Origin: Candidatus Babelota bacterium
GTDB taxonomy: Bacteria; Babelota; Babeliae; Babelales; Vermiphilaceae
DNA: 32,000 nucleotides
NCBI GenBank assembly: GCA_039809905.1
Contig: JBDHVY010000001.1
Location: forward strand, 210,001-242,000
Reading direction: 5' to 3'
Position 1 is the stretch's first letter; every line of letters starts with the position of its first letter. The translations under genes and the position numbers were made by a program. Shown here in pieces: positions 28,059 to 32,000 of this stretch. The notes beneath the pieces were generated by a model that saw only the letters and a program-made list of their open reading frames with translations, did not search any database and was not told where the DNA came from.

Positions 28059-29201
28059 ATGATTACCGCGTATTTTACAAAATTGGCACTCATGTCACAG
28101 CAGCTTTTTTTTATTCTTCTTGGATTATTCGGCATGGGGTTTCTGGTCGGGTTTCATGAACTAGGACATTTTCTATTTGCTAAGCTTTTCAAAATTCGTG
28201 TACCTTCATTTTCTATCGGATTTGGACCTAAAATAATCAATACAAAAATAGGTGAAACTGAATTTTGCCTTTCAATACTTCCCTTTGGCGGATACGTTGA
28301 AATAGCAGGAGCTGCCGAAGTTGGCCAAGGAGATCAAAAGGAAGCTTTTGCTACAGACAAAAACTCCTTCGCGGTTAAACCATTCTATCAACAATTACTT
28401 GTTTTGCTTGGAGGCATCGTTTTTAACCTCATATTTGCATATTTTGCTATGATTATTCTTTTTATGGCAGGAATACCAAAAACGCCTATTATACCTAATG
28501 CTATCATCTCAACCATCCAATCTGGATCATCTGCAGAAAGACACGCATTTTTGACGGGAGACCGTATACTCTCAATAAATGAAGAATCGGTTGAAAACAA
28601 CATACAAAAAATACAAACAATTATCGAACCTCTTGCTCTCAAAAAAGCTACTATCGTTATTGAAAGAAATGGCGAAAAAATAACAAAAGATGTCCTTGTT
28701 GGAAGCAAAGAAACAGAAGAGATGACGATTGGCACGCTCGGCGTTGAATTCGATTTCTTACCAACTCCACCTCATTCATTTAAAGATGCAGTCATCAAGG
28801 GAATTGATATGTGTAATACATGGATCAAAAAGACCTTTGAAGGCTTTTCAACATTATTCAGCAAAAAAGGAATCGGTAAAGTTGCTGGACCAGTCATGAT
28901 TATTGCTATGACCGTCAAGGGCGCTGCCGCTGGTTGGCAGATATTTTTACTCTTGCTTGCAATTATTAGCATAAATTTGGCCGTATTAAATCTTATTCCT
29001 CTTCCGATACTTGATGGCGGACAAATATTATTTTATGGCATAGAGGCACTAATTCGTCGTCCTTTGCCGCATAAAGTTCGTGAATACATCCATGTTGCAA
29101 CCTGGATCATGTTTATTATTCTTTTTGTTTATTTGACCGCTCAAGATGTAAACAGACTCGTAAGCCCCTATATTAATAGCGTGATTGCTTATTTTAACTA
29201 A
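28059..29201 (+). CDS. rseP: RseP-type site-2 (M50 family) intramembrane zinc metalloprotease with one PDZ domain
   Basis: HELGHF in the first TM helix, a central PDZ-like segment (GSSAERHAFLTGDRILSINEE), and NLAVLNLIPLPILDGG (the NxxPxxxxDG motif). AAGGA SD 9 nt upstream. Confidence 0.9.
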   Translation: MITAYFTKLALMSQQLFFILLGLFGMGFLVGFHELGHFLFAKLFKIRVPSFSIGFGPKIINTKIGETEFCLSILPFGGYVEIAGAAEVGQGDQKEAFATDKNSFAVKPFYQQLLVLLGGIVFNLIFAYFAMIILFMAGIPKTPIIPNAIISTIQSGSSAERHAFLTGDRILSINEESVENNIQKIQTIIEPLALKKATIVIERNGEKITKDVLVGSKETEEMTIGTLGVEFDFLPTPPHSFKDAVIKGIDMCNTWIKKTFEGFSTLFSKKGIGKVAGPVMIIAMTVKGAAAGWQIFLLLLAIISINLAVLNLIPLPILDGGQILFYGIEALIRRPLPHKVREYIHVATWIMFIILFVYLTAQDVNRLVSPYINSVIAYFN

Positions 29202-29230
29202 AGCTCACTTTTATAATAAATTAACACAAA

Positions 29231-29264
29231 AAAAGCAGGCCCTTGAACAGGACCTGCTTTTTTA
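29231..29264. terminator. Bidirectional rho-independent terminator between convergent rseP and rplM
   Basis: AGCAGGCCC (29234-29242), loop TTGAACA, GGACCTGCT (29250-29258) with one C.A mismatch. Flanked by an A-run upstream and TTTTTT downstream, so it is T-tailed on both strands. Confidence 0.6.
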
Positions 29265-29288
29265 TTGCTTATTTTTTTAAAGCGCTTT

Positions 29289-29747
29289 TTATCCGCGTGG
29301 CTCTTGAATTTCTAATTCAATAAATTGTGGATTTTGAGCCGCATGAGGATGCTCTGATCCTGCATATACTTTAAGCTTTTTAAGAATTTGTCTGCTCAAG
29401 GTATTTTTAGGAAGCATACGTTTTACCGCTAACTCAACAAGATGCGTTGGGTGCTTTTTATGTAAATCTTTAGCTGCAGTCTCTTTTTTACCACCCATCC
29501 AGCCAGTAACAGTAATATATTCTTTATCATCCCATTTATCGCCAGAAAGAATGATCTTATCAGCGTTTGTGATAACAACATAGTCGCCACAATCAGTATG
29601 AGGCGTAAAATGAGCTTTATCTTTACCACGCAATCTATCGGCAACAAAGGTAGCTAAACGTCCAAGAACTTTACCTTCAGCATCAATATGGCACCAGCCA
29701 GCTACTACATCTTCTTTACGTGGATAGAACGCTTTGTTCATATTCAT
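29289..29747 (-). CDS. rplM: 50S ribosomal protein L13
   Basis: W..IDA.GKVLGRLAT.VA..LRGK.K..FTPH.D.GDYVV..NA.KI..SG.K; AV..MLPKN.L.R......LKVY.G.EHPH.AQ.P. Confidence 0.95.
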   Translation of the reverse strand: MNMNKAFYPRKEDVVAGWCHIDAEGKVLGRLATFVADRLRGKDKAHFTPHTDCGDYVVITNADKIILSGDKWDDKEYITVTGWMGGKKETAAKDLHKKHPTHLVELAVKRMLPKNTLSRQILKKLKVYAGSEHPHAAQNPQFIELEIQEPRG

Positions 29748-29853
29748 AATCGATAATCCTTATGTAAACACAATCTTTTGTCATATAATTTTTAAAGAGT
29801 GGGGCTCTTTCTTCTAAGGTAGCCAATAATCACAAAGTGGTCAATTAAAACAA

Positions 29854-29875
29854 GCCAAAAAGCCCCTTTTTTGGC
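29854..29875 (-). terminator. A/T-rich hairpin immediately after the kinase-like gene stop
   Basis: GCCAAAAA (29854-29861) pairs with TTTTTGGC (29868-29875), loop GCCCCT. On the minus strand it is followed by TTGTTTTAATT. Weak stem energy. Confidence 0.35.
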
Positions 29876-30955
29876 CTATAATTGTTCTAGCAGTAAAAAA
29901 GCTTCTTTATATTCTTGCGATTGAGCTCTCTTTTTGAATAAGGCAAAGCATATCTTTGCAATATCTTCAAAAGTATCCATAGAACTTGTCATTTCTTCAT
30001 TTGTTTTACGCAAATAATTGGAAACAGCTGCTTTGACCGCTGCACTGGGCACTTCTTGTTTTATAGCAAGAAAATTAAGACCTGTCGAAAGCAAAGCCAC
30101 ATTCTCTATCAGAATAAAGTGCGCACGATCAGCTGATGAAATATTATTTTCAAAATATTTTTCTAGAAAAAAACCAACCTGCTCTTTTGAAAAATGGAAC
30201 TTAATTACAGAACATGCAATATCCCAAAAAGGATCACCTAATCCTGCATTACCCCAATCTATGAATTTAATAGTCTTTTCTGAGGTATAAAACAAATTCA
30301 TCACATGAATATCATTATGACATGCTTTAGGCTCTATTGTATGCTTTTTGATAGCAGTATTTATTTTATAAACCTCATCTAAAAAGTCATGTAATTCAAT
30401 AGAAAACTCAGGATTTTTTTGTATATTGCTTTTTATTTTTTGATCAATACGCTTAAAAATATCAAATTTTACCTGAGAATCTACAGAACCATTATGAATA
30501 GTCCTCAATGCACAAGTAAACTGCTCTAGTATCTGCTTATCTTCAAGATGAGCTGGCGACAAATGAGCCCCATCAACAAATTCAATAGCATAACATCCTT
30601 CTGCTAGGTTCTCATAAACAACCTTTGGTCCCAATCCTTTTTCTGCTGCCATCCGAGAATATTGGCAATCTTTTTGACACCATTCAACAGAATACGGCTG
30701 CTTCATACATCGAAGCACAAATTTGGATGGATTTAGTTCAATAACATACAGACCATCTCCCGACATTCCTCCCAAAAGAGGCTTCACCTTGCCAGAAGCT
30801 ATTTCATGCGAAAAAACGTCGCTTGCACTCGCCTGTATATGAACTTTATGTTCGTCTTTTACATTATTATAGCTTAAAACATACTTATCTGACGCATAAA
30901 CAGAGAAAACCATTACCTGGAAAAATGCAGCAAAATAAATGACACTTTTATTCAT
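29876..30955 (-). CDS. Choline/ethanolamine-kinase-like phosphotransferase (APH/protein-kinase-like fold) with N-terminal signal peptide
   Basis: Gly-rich loop LLGGMSGDGLYVIE, FVLRCMK (ATP-Lys context), Brenner motif CHNDIHVMNL, and IDWGNAGLGDPFWDIA (compare IDWEY.G..D..FDIA of LicA/ChoK). N-terminus MNKSVIYFAAFFQVMVFSVYA|SD is Sec-signal-like. AGGAG SD 6 nt upstream. Confidence 0.75.
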   Translation of the reverse strand: MNKSVIYFAAFFQVMVFSVYASDKYVLSYNNVKDEHKVHIQASASDVFSHEIASGKVKPLLGGMSGDGLYVIELNPSKFVLRCMKQPYSVEWCQKDCQYSRMAAEKGLGPKVVYENLAEGCYAIEFVDGAHLSPAHLEDKQILEQFTCALRTIHNGSVDSQVKFDIFKRIDQKIKSNIQKNPEFSIELHDFLDEVYKINTAIKKHTIEPKACHNDIHVMNLFYTSEKTIKFIDWGNAGLGDPFWDIACSVIKFHFSKEQVGFFLEKYFENNISSADRAHFILIENVALLSTGLNFLAIKQEVPSAAVKAAVSNYLRKTNEEMTSSMDTFEDIAKICFALFKKRAQSQEYKEAFLLLEQL

Positions 30956-30990
30956 ATCAAGCTCCTAAAAGAATTACTTTATATATCCTA

Positions 30991-31018
30991 ATAGTAACGC
31001 TTATGAAAAAAGTGTCAA
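30991..31018 (-). promoter_or_regulatory. Sigma70-like promoter candidate for the kinase-like gene
   Basis: Minus strand reads TTGACA (31018-31013), a 16-nt spacer, then TACTAT (30996-30991), about 35 nt upstream of ATG 30955. Confidence 0.35.
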
Positions 31019-31029
31019 TTAACAAAGTC

Positions 31030-32000
31030 TTATACTTTTTTTGTATTATGGTGATAATAGCAATGAAATGCTACAAATAAAAGCTCCATAACTATCGCAC
31101 CAATAAGAAAAGACAATAACAAATGATGTTTTATATTATTTTCGATAAATAATCCTACAGCAAGAAATGATACTAGAGTACCAATTATCACGGGAATCAC
31201 ATATCCCAACTGACTTCGTGCATGTTCAATTGCTCCTATACCAGCACTGGTCGCAGTCATAATGGTAGTTTCAGCAAAAGGAGAAATGTGATTGCCGCAT
31301 GCAGCGCCTGAAAGCACTGCTCCTATTGAAGGGAATAATAACGAAATCTGATCAGATGTAACAGGAATATTCAGCTGGAGCAACGATATCAACATTTCTA
31401 TGGTAATAGGTATCAATATTGAAAACGTTCCCCATGCAGAACCCGTAGTAAGCGTTATAATCAGAGACACTACAAACAACATCACCGGAATGAAACACAA
31501 AGAAACATTACCAATCAATAGTGATGCAAGATACGTCCCGGTATGCAAATGAGATGATAAAAAGCTACCCAAAACTGATGCTAAAATGACCATCATAATA
31601 GAAGATCTCATAGCAAGAAAACCTTGATACACAATCAAAGGCAATTGAGAAACAGTTATCATTTTTTTAGATAAAGACAGTACAAAACTTGCAATAAATG
31701 AAATTGATCCTGCAATCAATAATACCAAAAACGTTTTATTATTTGATTTGAACGCATCTAAGAAGGAATTATTTCCTCCAAAAGCATGGTAATTACCAGC
31801 ATAAAGCATACCGATAATAACACCGCTCAGCAGCAAGAAAATAGGCAATAACAATTCAATTAAAGAGCCATCTTTTTGTGATGCAATCATATGATCAGAT
31901 TCATCTTGTATTGATTGCGCATTATTTTCATCATTGCCGATCATCCCATAACGCATTCTTGTCATCACGATAAATAGCACAGAAATAAGCGTCAAAAACG
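31030..32000 (-). CDS. NhaC-family Na+/H+ antiporter-type membrane transporter (C-terminal part; 5' end beyond the right edge)
   Basis: Polytopic membrane protein. TTGSAWGTFSILIPI and GAACGNHISPFAETTIMTATS resemble the NhaC C-terminal domain motif (GDHCSPISDTTI). The frame stays open to the window edge. Confidence 0.7.
   Translation of the reverse strand, partial: FLTLISVLFIVMTRMRYGMIGNDENNAQSIQDESDHMIASQKDGSLIELLLPIFLLLSGVIIGMLYAGNYHAFGGNNSFLDAFKSNNKTFLVLLIAGSISFIASFVLSLSKKMITVSQLPLIVYQGFLAMRSSIMMVILASVLGSFLSSHLHTGTYLASLLIGNVSLCFIPVMLFVVSLIITLTTGSAWGTFSILIPITIEMLISLLQLNIPVTSDQISLLFPSIGAVLSGAACGNHISPFAETTIMTATSAGIGAIEHARSQLGYVIPVIIGTLVSFLAVGLFIENNIKHHLLLSFLIGAIVMELLFVAFHCYYHHNTKKV

Noticed and set aside
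6874-29258. The two best terminators (6874-6903 and 29234-29258) share nearly the same stem (AGCAGGT/ACCTGCT versus AGCAGGCCC/GGACCTGCT), hinting at a repeated element
   Set aside because: Only about 7 nt are shared, the loops and flanks are unrelated, and there are just two copies in 32 kb. This is most simply coincidence or a preferred GC clamp in an AT-rich genome.
1-32000. Scan for CRISPR arrays, IS elements, integrases, prophage genes, rRNA/tRNA genes and alternative genetic code usage
   Set aside because: None found. The only tandem repeat is the in-frame 54-bp repeat at 6596-6757. All conserved genes terminate at normal stops with expected lengths.

Overview
AT-rich bacterial chromosomal segment, standard genetic code, tightly packed. 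About 60% of the window (8.2-27.7 kb, all minus strand) is one uninterrupted translation-apparatus supercluster: rpsL-rpsG-fusA-tuf-rpsJ-rplC-rplD-rplW-rplB-rpsS-rplV-rpsC-rplP-rpmC-rpsQ-rplN-rplX-rplE-rpsN-rpsH-rplF-rplR-rpsE-rplO-secY-adk-map-infA-rpmJ-rpsM-rpsK-rpsD-rpoA-rplQ, followed 6 nt later by a small NifU-like gene. rpmD (L30) is absent. rpmJ (L36) is missing from the supplied ORF track and I translated it by hand. The left flank (1-8.1 kb) holds housekeeping genes (5' part of gap, nfo, a phosphomannomutase/phosphoglucomutase). It also holds a small islet of non-housekeeping genes: a 325-aa signal-peptide protein, a monocistronic SbcC/Rad50-type zinc-hook ATPase with no adjacent sbcD, a 90-aa membrane-anchored protein built from three 18-aa repeats, and a 406-aa signal-peptide coiled-coil protein with a central double hydrophobic segment. 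The right flank (27.7-32 kb) holds rseP, a solitary rplM without rpsI, a choline/ethanolamine-kinase-like phosphotransferase with an N-terminal signal peptide, and a truncated NhaC-type antiporter gene. I found no tRNA, rRNA, CRISPR array, transposase, integrase, toxin-antitoxin pair or recognisable defense operon. I cannot support a coherent novel multi-gene system from sequence alone. The best leads are single genes: the orphan SbcC and its secreted neighbours, and the signal-peptide kinase-fold protein. All four lineage-specific ORFs begin with Sec-type signal or anchor sequences. That pattern would fit a host-associated or intracellular lifestyle, but this is inference only. All family assignments rest on motifs read by eye; no database search was run.
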